This document shows positions 35,851-47,588 of a stretch of 64,000 nucleotides of DNA, one piece after another. Position 1 is the stretch's first letter. Each line of letters starts with the position of its first letter. Below the pieces are notes generated by a model. It was given only the letters and a program-made list of their open reading frames with translations, did not search any database and was not told the origin of the DNA. The stretch covers positions 62,001 through 126,000 of the forward strand of contig JBDOQK010000073.1 in assembly GCA_040437565.1 (NCBI GenBank), in the 5' to 3' direction. Source of the DNA: Albugo candida. Lineage: Eukaryota. The translations under genes were made by a program, and so were the position numbers.

Positions 35851-38811
35851 TCATTCCGTCAGGGTGCGGGATTGACAATCAGCTTCTTCGTCTCGGTAAA
35901 TCGATTCATCTCCCATCAAATGCTGCGCAACGAATAAACTCGCATCGCGATTTGTCCAATAAATGACATGCGCTGTTAATGCGAATAGATACTCATTGGT
36001 GATTTCGATTTCATTTTCCTGCAACGTGTAATCGATAGGAAGACCATCTGAGAGGCGTCCATATACGCTGATTGGCGATTTCTTCCGACAAGAATCTGAC
36101 TTTACTGCGTTGTCTGCGACATTATCGAATAGACCACCACCGTTACCTACACTATATGCATTATTACACGTTTCCGAACCGGAATGCGTTCGAGACTGAA
36201 ATTCGCCCAATTCATTCTGTTCCACAAGACCGACATTCTGCACAATGTCTTCGACCTGAGCCTCAAAAGTTCGTTTCCACTGTCGTAATTTCTGATAAAT
36301 TTTCCGCAGTGTTTTCCGAATTTGATACTGAAACCGGAGTTTACCTTCAAACGTATGAATGATGGTCGCTTTGGATTGAGCTTGAGATGACGTAATGATC
36401 GGTTCTAGACGATACGCCACCGGATCGTATGGATGGAAAATATTAAATACGCGACGACAAGTTGGAAGCTGAAAGTCCAAACCGAGCCGGAGACCACGGA
36501 CGTTCAGGAAAAGACCGATAGGAGATCCAAGGCAGAACAAATGGTCCACTTTGAATAAGAGTTGCACAACAGGAGTGTTTGTAGTGGTAATTGAAGCTTT
36601 GGATGGTGCTAATTTGCAAGAAGGAACGGATCGCGTGCGTATGAGGCGGTTGGCAATGGCTGACTGGAATCGATCTAGCTGGAATGGAGCAAAGCTCTCA
36701 TTCCGACCGATTGGCTTGGCTGAAGTACGTGCTTCAATATCGACCGGCTGTGGATTTTGATAAGATAACAGATCAAATGAGATCACAGCGCCAAGAGAAT
36801 GTGCATAAATTGAGACTTTTCTTGTCCGACAGGGTGCATCCAGTTTTCTACGATTTCTTGCTTGGAATAACTGATAAACCCGATTCATTTCATTGGCCAC
36901 ATGTTCTAATATCGTCTGATGGAAAACTGGAGACATGAAGAAAAGAACGTCTAAAATGGTATCATTCGCCAGCTCTCTCAAGCGTGGAATGGCTGGTAGC
37001 GTGACATCACGTATACTCTGGTCGAGCTGATCAATATGCAATTTAGAGTGCCACTCGATTGGAAGAAATTCCACATGTGTTTGCGTCTTATTCGAATCAA
37101 AATGAGTAGACCGTAACGCTTCTCGATGGAGAAAACGTAAGCTCGTGGCACAATCGACAATACTGCGCAAAGTGACAACGTTCATCAGATCAATTGTCTT
37201 AAGAGCATCACCGATACCATGAATGATGAATACGAGATGGTCAACCTCGTGCTCAATATCAGCATCATCCTCATGGATCTGTCGTACATCCATCGACATA
37301 GCAGATCGCCATTTACGTAGCAGCACTGGGTCCATCTTAGTTCGTGGATCACCTCGATAAACACGCCGCTTGCTCGTGAATGGTGTCGTTCCCGCTAGCC
37401 GACGCTTATACTGAAAAATGTCATTCGGAGTTTTGAATTCCACCAAATGATTTTCAATTGGAACCTTCAGGTGACATTGTGTATTTTTTATTGCCCTCCT
37501 TCCCTCATGTCGTGTTTTGATTTTTTCTTGTTCGTAGTTGGTGAGATAGAATAGAAACGCATTTTCCAGTGTGTTCGAAGCAGTTTTGTAGTAAGGAGCA
37601 ATGCCGGCACTTCTTCTTGTGTACATCCAAAATGCTCGATGGACAGTAATCTTTTCAAGTGAATCCCAGTAGACAGATCTCATCGTCATTGTATCAAGAC
37701 AGACTTCGAATCGACCTTCATCAACGGCGACGTACCGGGAAGGCGAAGGAAGGACCCCGAGCATATCATGTTGATGGAATTGACGATAATGGCGTTCCAG
37801 TCTGCGATTTTCGTGAGGCATGAACTCGATCCAGTCAATGCATTCGGTCTGCAGCTCAATACTGGTTCCGTTCATTGGTAATTTGCAGTAAAACCAGCAT
37901 GGAATATCATCAGCGTTGGGCTTCAACGGGCAATCTTTTGCTTCAAGCACGACGTCTGCTAAATGTACATGGGATTGCAATAAATCCATATATAATGTCT
38001 CATTTTGTAATTTGATAGAAAGTAGAAACTCATATAACTTATATGGTGAGTGCTGCAAGTGCTGACATCTTTTATAAATGCTTTTCAGCACTTCATGGCG
38101 TCGATCTTCTGATAAGGATGCATACGGCCCTCTTCCTAGAATGTTCCATTGTACCATACTCCAGTGATGATCCAGTACTTGGGTCGCCGAGTAGAAATAC
38201 TCCAAAATCGCTCGTATTTGCGTGGTACTCATATCCAACAGGACATCGGTCCTACTTTCAATTTCTTCGCGTGATGGGAAAACACATAAAGTAGGACCAA
38301 TCACAGCAAAGTGTAGAATCCCTTCCATGGCTCCAAGCGGTGGCCCAATCAGCTTTTTTAAGATCCAATGACGCAGCAACTGGTTTTTGGCAACAAAATA
38401 TATTTCGGGTAATTCGTCACTTGCTATGAATTGTGCAACTCCTTCGATAGTATTGAGCAGAGGAAGTGCCACATGCGTGCGAAGTGGTGATATTGCCGTT
38501 GGTATCGGCGCAGTTTCAACCTCCTTTTTAAGCACACAAAATGTCCTCTGACCAGTTTTCACTATGCATATACGATACTGGTACACTTTAATTTGTGTGG
38601 AAATAGCGACTTCTGCGAGTTGATCACGCGTATCAATGATAAGTCGTTTCAATACATCGGGAGCTTTTCTTTGCATGGTTTTGACGATCTGACCACTCAG
38701 CGCATACAGAAATGGGAAGGGGGTATAGATCGACAACGTCGTACCGCCCTTGCTATAACGCTCATGCATATCATGCTGAGCATCTCGAATAATCTCCGCG
38801 ACATGATACAT
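35851..38811 (-). CDS. DDHD-domain intracellular phospholipase A1 (PA-PLA1/SEC23IP family)
   Basis: HLVFIIHGIG, VEFLPIEWH, lipase motif AHSLG, LGSPIGLFL, NIFHPYDPVAYRLEP and AHVIYW. WWE-like region upstream. Confidence 0.92.
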   Translation of the reverse strand: MYHVAEIIRDAQHDMHERYSKGGTTLSIYTPFPFLYALSGQIVKTMQRKAPDVLKRLIIDTRDQLAEVAISTQIKVYQYRICIVKTGQRTFCVLKKEVETAPIPTAISPLRTHVALPLLNTIEGVAQFIASDELPEIYFVAKNQLLRHWILKKLIGPPLGAMEGILHFAVIGPTLCVFPSREEIESRTDVLLDMSTTQIRAILEYFYSATQVLDHHWSMVQWNILGRGPYASLSEDRRHEVLKSIYKRCQHLQHSPYKLYEFLLSIKLQNETLYMDLLQSHVHLADVVLEAKDCPLKPNADDIPCWFYCKLPMNGTSIELQTECIDWIEFMPHENRRLERHYRQFHQHDMLGVLPSPSRYVAVDEGRFEVCLDTMTMRSVYWDSLEKITVHRAFWMYTRRSAGIAPYYKTASNTLENAFLFYLTNYEQEKIKTRHEGRRAIKNTQCHLKVPIENHLVEFKTPNDIFQYKRRLAGTTPFTSKRRVYRGDPRTKMDPVLLRKWRSAMSMDVRQIHEDDADIEHEVDHLVFIIHGIGDALKTIDLMNVVTLRSIVDCATSLRFLHREALRSTHFDSNKTQTHVEFLPIEWHSKLHIDQLDQSIRDVTLPAIPRLRELANDTILDVLFFMSPVFHQTILEHVANEMNRVYQLFQARNRRKLDAPCRTRKVSIYAHSLGAVISFDLLSYQNPQPVDIEARTSAKPIGRNESFAPFQLDRFQSAIANRLIRTRSVPSCKLAPSKASITTTNTPVVQLLFKVDHLFCLGSPIGLFLNVRGLRLGLDFQLPTCRRVFNIFHPYDPVAYRLEPIITSSQAQSKATIIHTFEGKLRFQYQIRKTLRKIYQKLRQWKRTFEAQVEDIVQNVGLVEQNELGEFQSRTHSGSETCNNAYSVGNGGGLFDNVADNAVKSDSCRKKSPISVYGRLSDGLPIDYTLQENEIEITNEYLFALTAHVIYWTNRDASLFVAQHLMGDESIYRDEEADCQSRTLTE

Positions 38812-38832
38812 CGGACTTGTTGCGGTTAGCTA

Positions 38833-38886
38833 GACATATTGTTAGAAACATTTAAGCCAGACATATTAATTGAAACATTTAAGCCA
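38833..38886 (+). repeat. 27-bp direct repeat, 2 copies, in the divergent DDHD/PX promoter
   Basis: agacatattgttagaaacatttaagcc / agacatattaattgaaacatttaagcc. CCAAT and ATTGG boxes follow at 38885-38963. Confidence 0.7.
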
Positions 38887-39348
38887 ATTGGATGTAACGT
38901 GTGATGCATTCATCATCCCTGGAATGCGCAAGTGCGAGTCACCAATCATAATTCGCTGATTGGATGGTCCCCTCAGTAGTCGTAATGAAGCTGGCTGAAA
39001 TGATTGTCGTCGATAGATTTCATAGCGAGAAGACGTTTTTTTACCCAGCCAACGTGACCGTATGATTTGATATATTGAGTTGAAGATTCATCTTATGTGT
39101 AAGTCTCTGTTACCGTTGCAAGGTTGTGCTATACGGATAATGCGATACAAAATTTTCGATTTTTTATCATTTTCTTGAGAAAATTTTGAGATTTTTTGAT
39201 TTTAAAATATGTGATGACTGAAAAGCTAGTTTGAATGAATTTCTGTCTCTTTGACCGACACTGTAAGTCATTTTCTGTCTAAATCATCGACATAGTCACC
39301 TAGAGGATTCGTCAATTTACTCAAGCGACAGTACAGCTCGTTTCGTCA

Positions 39349-40092
39349 ATGTTATCTTTTCAGTCACGCGATTTAAGACTCAGCGGTGTTACCAAGCATG
39401 AAGCAACGTGGCATTATCACATTGAAACTCTTGATACACGGTACATAGAGAGGCACGTACAAACACAGAGTTGCTTGGATTTCAGCAGCTATGAGAAGAA
39501 GTCGTCATCGAGTTCTGTGATAACGACGTCGTCCTCGTCCTCTTCTATAGCCACACTTTCTGAATCATCTCCTTCCAAACGACAACCGATGGTTCGGTAT
39601 TCGGTCATGCGAAGATTTAATGATTTTCGCGCACTTTACAGGCAAATTGTCAGACGGTTCGGGATCGATTTTGCATCCGAATTACCCAAATTACCAGACG
39701 CAAGCTGGGTGACATATATGCGCGCAAATGATCCATCCTTTTTGCGATATCGTCAGCAAGAGCTCGAGACATTTATTCGAGCCTTGGATAGTCGAATAGA
39801 GACAAGAAACTGTGACTTAATTGAGCGATTTCTAGCGCCTGATCATGAAGATTTCTATAGATCAAATACATCGCGACAGAAACGCAATATCGCGGAGAAT
39901 TGCTCATCCGGGAGAGAACCATCGTATATTTCCTTATCACAGGTACAATCTCCGCAAATACGATTCCAAACTAAACGGCAAAAGTGGAATGAAAACTCCG
40001 TAAATAAGTGCAAAAGCTTTTTTGGTTTGAAGGAATTTGATTTTGCAGCGTTATTTCTAAAATTTGGTATTTGTGAACGTAGAATAATGTAA
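39349..40092 (+). CDS. PX domain protein
   Basis: YSVMRRFNDFRALY...LPKLP...RQQELETFI...IERFL. Confidence 0.85.
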   Translation: MLSFQSRDLRLSGVTKHEATWHYHIETLDTRYIERHVQTQSCLDFSSYEKKSSSSSVITTSSSSSSIATLSESSPSKRQPMVRYSVMRRFNDFRALYRQIVRRFGIDFASELPKLPDASWVTYMRANDPSFLRYRQQELETFIRALDSRIETRNCDLIERFLAPDHEDFYRSNTSRQKRNIAENCSSGREPSYISLSQVQSPQIRFQTKRQKWNENSVNKCKSFFGLKEFDFAALFLKFGICERRIM

Positions 40093-40125
40093 TTTTGTAA
40101 TGTATGCATCGTATACCACTATACG

Positions 40126-41927
40126 ATGACCAAGCGTTCGGTTGCTCGATTATCAATCGCTCCGATGGTAGATGATCTAAAGCTACTGCACGCCTCCTTT
40201 TTTCTAGCTCTTTCTTTTCTTGTATGCCTAGATGGACTGGACAGATCGCCATTACCGATATTTAATGCGACTTATCACACGCCATACACAACTGTATACT
40301 GAAATGTTGGTGGATCAAACGGTGTGTGATGCACTCTGTTACTATGTGAATACGTGTCGAATTAAACCAATGTAGTTGCTTCATCAAAAAGATAACTTGA
40401 GCTATTTCTTGGGACACGATGCCATCGAGTCGCCGTTAGCGGTGCAGTTGGGTGGCAATTCGATCGATGCTTTAGCAGGTACATTTCGAACATTCCATAT
40501 TGAAGTATCAAAGCTGAATTACGGATTCAGCGGCGGCACAATTATGCCGAGAATATGGTGGTTTTAATGAGATAAATCTGAATTGTGGCTGTCCAAGTCC
40601 AAAAGTTTCCAAGCAGTGCTTTGGCGCCCAATTAATGCTCCACCCCGAACGCGTTCGAGATATTTGCGCTGGGATGATTGGTTTAAATCCGACCTGTATA
40701 GATCCAGAAATCACTGTCAAGTGCCGAATTGGAGTTGACGATTGTGATTCATATGAAGAATTAAAAAACTTCATCTCGATTGTTTGCACTAGTGGAGTTC
40801 AGCATTTCATCGTCCATGCGCGAAAGTGCTGGCTGAGTGGGCTGAATCCGCATGAAAATCGAACGATTCCAGTCCTAAACTACGATTTTTTATACCAATT
40901 AAAACAGGATTTCCCGAGCTTGGCGTTCACACTCAATGGCGGCGTGGCAAATATTGAGGAAGCACATCGATTATTAGAGACAACAAATATGGATGGTATC
41001 ATGATCGGCAGAGCAGCGTACCAGTATCCGTGGAACTTGCGTAATGCGGACAGACTGCTATATGGAGCAGAGCGTAACCCCAATCTTTCACGACGCNNNN
41101 NNNNNNNNNNNNNNNNNNNNNNNNNNNNNNNNNNNNNNNNNNNNNNNNNNNNNNNNNNNNNNNNNNNNNNNNNNNNNNNNNNNNNNNNNNNNNNNNTATA
41201 GATCCAGAAATCACTGTCAAGTGCCGAATTGGAGTTGACGATTGTGATTCATATGAAGAATTAAAAAACTTCATCTCGATTGTTTGCACTAGTGGAGTTC
41301 AGCATTTCATCGTCCATGCGCGAAAGTGCTGGCTGAGTGGGCTGAATCCGCATGAAAATCGAACGATTCCAGTCCTAAACTACGATTTTTTATACCAATT
41401 AAAACAGGATTTCCCGAGCTTGGCGTTCACACTCAATGGCGGCGTGGCAAATATTGAGGAAGCACATCGATTATTAGAGACAACAAATATGGATGGTATC
41501 ATGATCGGCAGAGCAGCGTACCAGTATCCGTGGAACTTGCGTAATGCGGACAGACTGCTATATGGAGCAGAGCGTAACCCCAATCTTTCACGACGCGAAA
41601 TCATTGAGCGATACATAGACTACGCAGAAGATCTACAAGATAAGTGGGGTGGCGAAAAATCACTGGACAAAAAGTATGCAATGCGTACAACGACTTTGGT
41701 GAAACCTCTTTTATCACTATTCAAGTATGTGATCTTGTGTCATGAAGTTTGTATCTAATGTCTTTTACGAACGTAGCGGAGAACATGGTGGCAAAGCATT
41801 CAAACGAAAAATCGGAGAGTTTTGGTGTCTCAATATAGATGACCGTCCAGGATTGAGAGAGATTATCGAATCTGCTGTCAAGGTCTTGCCAGACTCGATG
41901 CTTGACGCACGCCAAGATCAAGACTAG
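40126..41927 (+). CDS. dusA: tRNA-dihydrouridine(20/20a) synthase, DusA-type (4 introns; 41197-41596 duplicates 40697-41096)
   Basis: Introns 40168-40231, 40322-40375, 40479-40530 and 41725-41776 give [63 protein letters not shown] and MIGRAAY. Confidence 0.92.
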
Positions 41928-42298
41928 CGAATCGAAATCAGAATCAGAACCACACAACATTAGACACTCCTTGTCAGCGCTTCCGCCGATGAGAATGATC
42001 GTAGTATCACAATTAATTCGATAAGAGCGCCACAAAAGTTGTGAAACGTGTGGATAGGCAAATACATAATTCCGCAGAGGTAGAAACAGCTTAGAAATAC
42101 TTTTACCACTCGCAACGCGGCAAAACCGCATGTGACTGCGCACGATTCTACCTTTCCAAATGGTTTTCATGCATAAATCGATTCAAAATTAATTCGATCG
42201 AATTGAAAAGGTTATATGAATTGAGAGAAGCTGCCGGGTACACTGGTTATTTGCAAGTAAAATATCAGGTCGGAAATCGATAGGAATAGGAGGACCGC

Positions 42299-44400
42299 AT
42301 GGGGCGTTACGTATGTCATGCAACCTTTTATTAAAGTGATTCATACGACTTAATAGATTTTGCTTTTTAGAGTCTCATTTATGAGAAGTCACCTCCTCCG
42401 TTCGTCTTCCAGTATGAGTCTTTCCCACTGGCTATCGGTCTGACTAGTGCAATGCACGGGACTCATCCGTATTCGGTCCAATTACAAGTGATCCTGCGAT
42501 ACTGGGACACCAAAGAAATTGTCACGGATCCGTTGTCACTTGTACGTCGTTTCTTGGTAACCAATGATCCGATATATATTGATCTTTGTATAGGAAGTTG
42601 TCCCACTCGACCAAAATGAGCTTGTTTTGAGTCGTGAGGTGAAAATATGCCAACTGATTTGTCATTTGGGTCGATTACCAGAAGGCCAAAGTACGTATTT
42701 GGAAGTTATGGCTCATAACGCAGGTAGGCAGTAATATTACGCTGTATTTGTATACTGAGCATCAATATCAATTTGCAGATTTCGAGTCGGCGATTTCCCC
42801 TCCAATTTGTGTCGTAAAAGAAAAATTGGTCATCTCACACGAACCCCCTGAACTCTGGTTCAAAGATGAAGGAGGTCGCGAAAAGTGTATGCAAATCAAA
42901 ATCAAGCTACAAGCTGCACCAGGGAGAAAATGCGAAAACCGCATCGTAAGAGGACGTGGATGCGAGGAAGCTGTGTACTAAGTTCGTTTCTAGATTCCAT
43001 TGGATATCCAGCTTTATTACGAGTCTGGAGAACGAGTGAGTTCCCAAAGGATTCTTCGTTTATTTCCAGATTTACAGCCAAATATGGTCAGCGGATCGAC
43101 AGTCATCTCGTTTCGTATCGATGATGTGTCAAAGAATCATCAAGGACAATCGTTTATGCTGCTAATTGGGCCGGATGTCAATGATCATCCCAATATGTTT
43201 CGAGACATTGCTCCTGTGAAAAGCACCCCCATCGCTATTCGCTCGAAACGGAATAAGAGAAGGCTCCTTACACAGGCAAATGGCGCAGTTAAAAATCTTT
43301 CTGCAAGATTTCACCCACGATCTCAAAAATCGCTCATCATGATTCAGAAAAGTATGCCGTACAACACATCGTTTCCCCAGAATCGTCCTGAATCGGATGA
43401 GCATCTCAATCATCGACCCAAGGAAGCTCAACCGGCCCGATTGAGCAAAAATGCGGCTTTTTCAAGCGTGGATGCGAATCCTCATCAACAAAATTCGAGC
43501 GACTCTAGCGTGGAGTGGAGTATCATTGGATATCAAGTGTATCCGAATGGAAATATGAATCGCGAACGACCGATTTATCGATGTAATCATTGTCATCGTT
43601 TGATTGACTCGGATCGACGCAAGGCACAAGCGCTTGCCGACCCAGCTATCCACGAGAAGGATTGTCTCCTTGTTAAGGCGGCAGAGGTGTTTCCGTCATC
43701 AATCGATCGGAATGGAAATAAATCTTGCGAGATAAATGGCTTTCGACCATATTCAGACGCAGTGGACAGCTCGTTTCGGATAATGCAAGAAAGAGAATTT
43801 TCAGCTCAAATGACACATTCGACTACGACAGTCTCGCCAAGTAACCCAGTCAAGCGATTCATCAACTCTGTTCAGAACAATAGCGTGTCTGATGCTATCG
43901 ATTCAACACAGAGATGGTACGGAATCCATGAGCCCATTGTGCATACACCATCCAAAATCACAAAAATGGAGACACAATTGCAATGGAAACAGAATAGTGA
44001 AGCTCAAGAGAGTGAAGATTTGGTGTATTATATCCTCGCCCAAATGTATTGCAATGTGGTACAACAAAGCATTGGCTTTCCGTCATTCGATTCAGACCAA
44101 CAATTGGTAATTCGGTCCCTCCTTTTTGATCGATTATTTTCTCACTTGTGTTTGCAGATTGGCTTCTACCAGGAAACCCATGTTGATTGCATGACTCAAG
44201 TTATTTTTTATCCATTAGCCCAAGTTTGTATCACGGAAGAGGAGAGAATATATTTGCTGCAATTATTCCAGCAAGCGTATCAAGTCAATGCGCCATCCCT
44301 CCACAAATTATCCAATTACGAGTACAATCTGGTACTCTTACGAGAGAATGCGTTGATGTATTACTGGAGTCTATCAGTCTCTTCGCTTTTGGTTACGTGA
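42299..44400 (+). CDS. Multi-exon hypothetical protein with a putative Ig-fold (CudA/STAT-like) DNA-binding domain
   Basis: ATG 42299 and several GT-AG introns. Conserved-looking blocks PPELWFKDEGGR and FRIDDVSKNHQGQSF...STPIAIRSKRNKRR. In-frame 51-nt intron at 44107-44157. Confidence 0.65.
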
Positions 44401-45674
44401 TTGGGGTCTCGAATGCCAATCAACTCGACTCGGAATACAAGTTGAGCATTAGGTGGGATGCGTGGAGGCTTTCCATCCGCTCCATATGCCAGTTCCGGAG
44501 AAATTGTTATCAAGGACGTCTCACCAAGACTCATCATTCTGATTCCACGATCAAACCCCACAATTAAATGGCCCGCTCCGACACGAAATTCCAAAGACTT
44601 GTCACGCGAATAGGTCGACTCAATGATCTCTGTAGCATATTTACACGAGTAATGTATACAAACGAATTGGCCGACTTTGGGGAAATGTACTGCATCACCG
44701 GGAAAAATCGTTCTCAGCTGAAGTTTATCGCCAGTTGCATTTTGGAATCGCGAATATAATTGCTCCATTGAGATGAATTGTGATAAAGAGAGATGTTGCG
44801 GCGTTTTCGATTCCGTGTCTCCAGAGCTACCGGGACTCGATACGGGTAATGCTGGTGCGTTACTCGTGTCAGGCATCATCGAAATCCATTGAGAGGTTGA
44901 TTCCAGTATTTCGACGATCGAAAGCGCGGCATGGGTCGAATGTTGACTTAGTTGCAATATTGTCTCCAATAAGTATAGAAACCCGTTCAAGTCAATTGCA
45001 TTATGTTGATTGGCTATTGACATGGTCGGATATCCTGATTTGAGGAATCGAGGCAAGGATCGGTACCAATTTGTGATATAATTCGGGTCAAGTCGCTCAT
45101 ATTCCATTTGCAGGCTACTAATTAAGTCCAATCCAAATGTTGCAATGTGATACATCGAAATTGCATGAGGACTGTACGGTTTTTGCGCTTGCACAACCCG
45201 CAGGTATACCTCAAAGTTTATGCCATCCCACTCGTTTACGAGATGCGGTGCTACCTGCTGTATTAGTCGACATACGTGTCCACGTGTTATCGTCGCGATG
45301 ACTCTTCTGAAAAGCTCGTAAACATCGCCTTCAATGAGCAGATCGTCATTGTCAGCCACACTCTGAAACTGCTGCTTGTAGAAATTAAGCTCTTTAATAG
45401 AGCACGCACTACTTCCATGATGGTTTGGAGCGTATTCCGATAATTTGATGTCACGATTTACTCCTAGCAGCTTCGGTTTGAACCATGTGCTCTGCCCGCT
45501 AATCTTATTATAATAATAAAAAGTCTGGTACTTTTCGTCATAATATTTTTCATACATTTCATCTATTAGTGTTTCAATGTAGCGATGGGCTTTGAATTTT
45601 CGGTAGCAGCACTGAATTCGTATCGCACTATACTGAAAACGAGCCGTACTATTTTCATAAATGCTGTCAACCAT
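44361..45674 (-). CDS. IQ plus WW plus FKBP-type peptidyl-prolyl isomerase
   Basis: IQ motif AIRIQCCYRKFKAHR. WW-like FYYYNKISGQSTWFKP. FKBP domain GDAVHFPKVGQ..CIHY...SPELAYG...IPPNAQLVFRVELI. Confidence 0.88.
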   Translation of the reverse strand: MVDSIYENSTARFQYSAIRIQCCYRKFKAHRYIETLIDEMYEKYYDEKYQTFYYYNKISGQSTWFKPKLLGVNRDIKLSEYAPNHHGSSACSIKELNFYKQQFQSVADNDDLLIEGDVYELFRRVIATITRGHVCRLIQQVAPHLVNEWDGINFEVYLRVVQAQKPYSPHAISMYHIATFGLDLISSLQMEYERLDPNYITNWYRSLPRFLKSGYPTMSIANQHNAIDLNGFLYLLETILQLSQHSTHAALSIVEILESTSQWISMMPDTSNAPALPVSSPGSSGDTESKTPQHLSLSQFISMEQLYSRFQNATGDKLQLRTIFPGDAVHFPKVGQFVCIHYSCKYATEIIESTYSRDKSLEFRVGAGHLIVGFDRGIRMMSLGETSLITISPELAYGADGKPPRIPPNAQLVFRVELIGIRDPNHVTKSEETDRLQ

Positions 45675-45912
45675 TTGGTCTCATAGCAGCGCGGCGAGCA
45701 GAGTCAATTTTGGTGTAACGGACACAGAATTCGTCATCGATCAAATTATGTATCACATCACTCTAGTGTCAAACGTTTTCGTCCAATCGACGGTGTGAAT
45801 TCGATACAAACCGGTCTTTCTCCACCATCCAAACTGAGTTGAACCGAACCAATTGATTGAATCGCAATATCTTGATCGAAACAAAGAGAAAAAGCGAAAA
45901 ACTTCCAGAACG

Positions 45913-46503
45913 ATGACCTCTTCCTCTTTATGTGCACCTGTTAAATGGGCTCAACGAAGCGATTCTCTCTATGTAACAATTGATTTATGTGATGTTAAAG
46001 ACGAGAAAGTTTCTCTGAACGATAAATCTCTATTTTTCGAGTATGTATTCTATGATCACAATCGATTTTATACTTCTTCGAATCGTATCAATTCGTAATA
46101 TTAAATATCAATTCATTGCAGGGGAACCAGCAACGATCAAAAGTATTCTGTTAAGCTCGATTTTTTCAAAGAAGTTAACGCGGAAGCAAAGGAAAGTATA
46201 TGGGTAAAAACGGACCGTAATCTGCAATTCCATATTTTGAAGAAAAACACAGGAGAAGAATTCTGGCCTCGTTTGCTAGAAGACAAACACTTGGAGAAGA
46301 CCAATGTTACGGTGGATTGGAGTCTTTACATGGATGAAGACGATACCAAAGAAGAGGAAAAGTTCGACATGAACGCATTGGGCGGCGGGGACGGCTTCGA
46401 TTTCAACCAAATGATGTCAGCCCAAAACGCAAATATGATGGAAGACGACGAAAGCGACAGCGACGACGAAACAATGCCAGAATTAGAAACAAAATCGGAT
46501 TAA
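45913..46503 (+). CDS. Hsp90 co-chaperone p23 (Sba1/PTGES3 family; intron 46041-46121)
   Basis: PVKWAQRSD, FWPRLL, VDWSLYMDEDD and an acidic tail (DSDDETMPELE). Confidence 0.92.
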
Positions 46504-46622
46504 ATGTCACAATTGTTTTGCAAAATGGCATTCAATTCGAATTTATTGATGTGAGAGCGAGTTGATTGGGAATTTTTGATACTGAAACATGAATCGGTGT
46601 GTACCGTGCAGCCAAACGCAAT

Positions 46623-47450
46623 TCAAAATGCGTATTCTGCTGGCGAGGGCGTCTGGGAGACCGCTGCGGGTGAAGTTTTGCCGCTATTTATTTCAGCAGC
46701 TCGCTTGATCGGCTTTCGAACGATCTCCACTTCTGTACATTTGTGTTCTGATCCATTCGTATCCTGTTTCTTCTCTTCAAGTTCCGCATCAAGCAATCTC
46801 TTTTCCCGCTCCAATCGCTCTTTCTCACGTGCTTCTCTCTTTTGTTGTCGCTGCATATCCAACAATGCTTCTTGTTGCTTTCGATCATCCGGAGCTGAAT
46901 GACATTCACTTTGTGCGGCAATACTGTGCCGCTTCATATCACTGCCTTTAGGTTCCGACTCTACGGTGTACCGAATGTCGCCCGTTGAACGGCGCCCATG
47001 AATATTGTGACTCGAGAAGTTTTGAAAATTTCGAATCACGGGCGGGCTGTTCTGGGAAAAGGTATCGGGCAACACTTGATCTAACGACATTCCACTATTG
47101 ATTCGAAAAGCTAATAGAAATTTATCCACCCAATTATTCATCTCCATTTCAGTGCTGGCAGCCACTAGAAGACGCCGTTCAGCAGCATTTATCGCAACGC
47201 GCCAAATAGTCGAAGCCGAACTTCCTGTTTTCATACTGTCCGCTGGCATAATTTCTAGTGCTGTCTCGTCACACGACGAAATATCCAGTTCACCTTTGAG
47301 TTCTCCATCTTCAAATGTGTAATAACTTAGCGTGTGTGGCCTCAAAACAAAATATCGTGGTTTCCAATTCTTCCTTCCAAATGGTCCATGTCCTGAACCT
47401 TTCTTGAATAACACTCCTTTGCGCAACACTTGATCCGTCGACGCTTTCAT
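46623..47450 (-). CDS. PH domain protein
   Basis: KGVLFKKGSG..FGRKNWKPRYFVL...EMNNWV, followed by a charged coiled-coil tail. Confidence 0.88.
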   Translation of the reverse strand: MKASTDQVLRKGVLFKKGSGHGPFGRKNWKPRYFVLRPHTLSYYTFEDGELKGELDISSCDETALEIMPADSMKTGSSASTIWRVAINAAERRLLVAASTEMEMNNWVDKFLLAFRINSGMSLDQVLPDTFSQNSPPVIRNFQNFSSHNIHGRRSTGDIRYTVESEPKGSDMKRHSIAAQSECHSAPDDRKQQEALLDMQRQQKREAREKERLEREKRLLDAELEEKKQDTNGSEHKCTEVEIVRKPIKRAAEINSGKTSPAAVSQTPSPAEYAF

Positions 47451-47588
47451 AAGTCTAAATTCTGTGGAATACTCTGATTTTCTATTCTTCGTTACTGTGA
47501 AACCTTTCTGAGATCAAATGTACCCGTACCTAACAAACGTACTTACTATACGCATATCGCCACGTATTGCCTCTTGAAGGATATCCAT

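Noticed and set aside
32450-38517. Tandem duplication of the DDHD phospholipase
   Set aside because: The copies appear identical and are bounded exactly by a 100-N gap, like ten other cases in the window. Assembly overlap.
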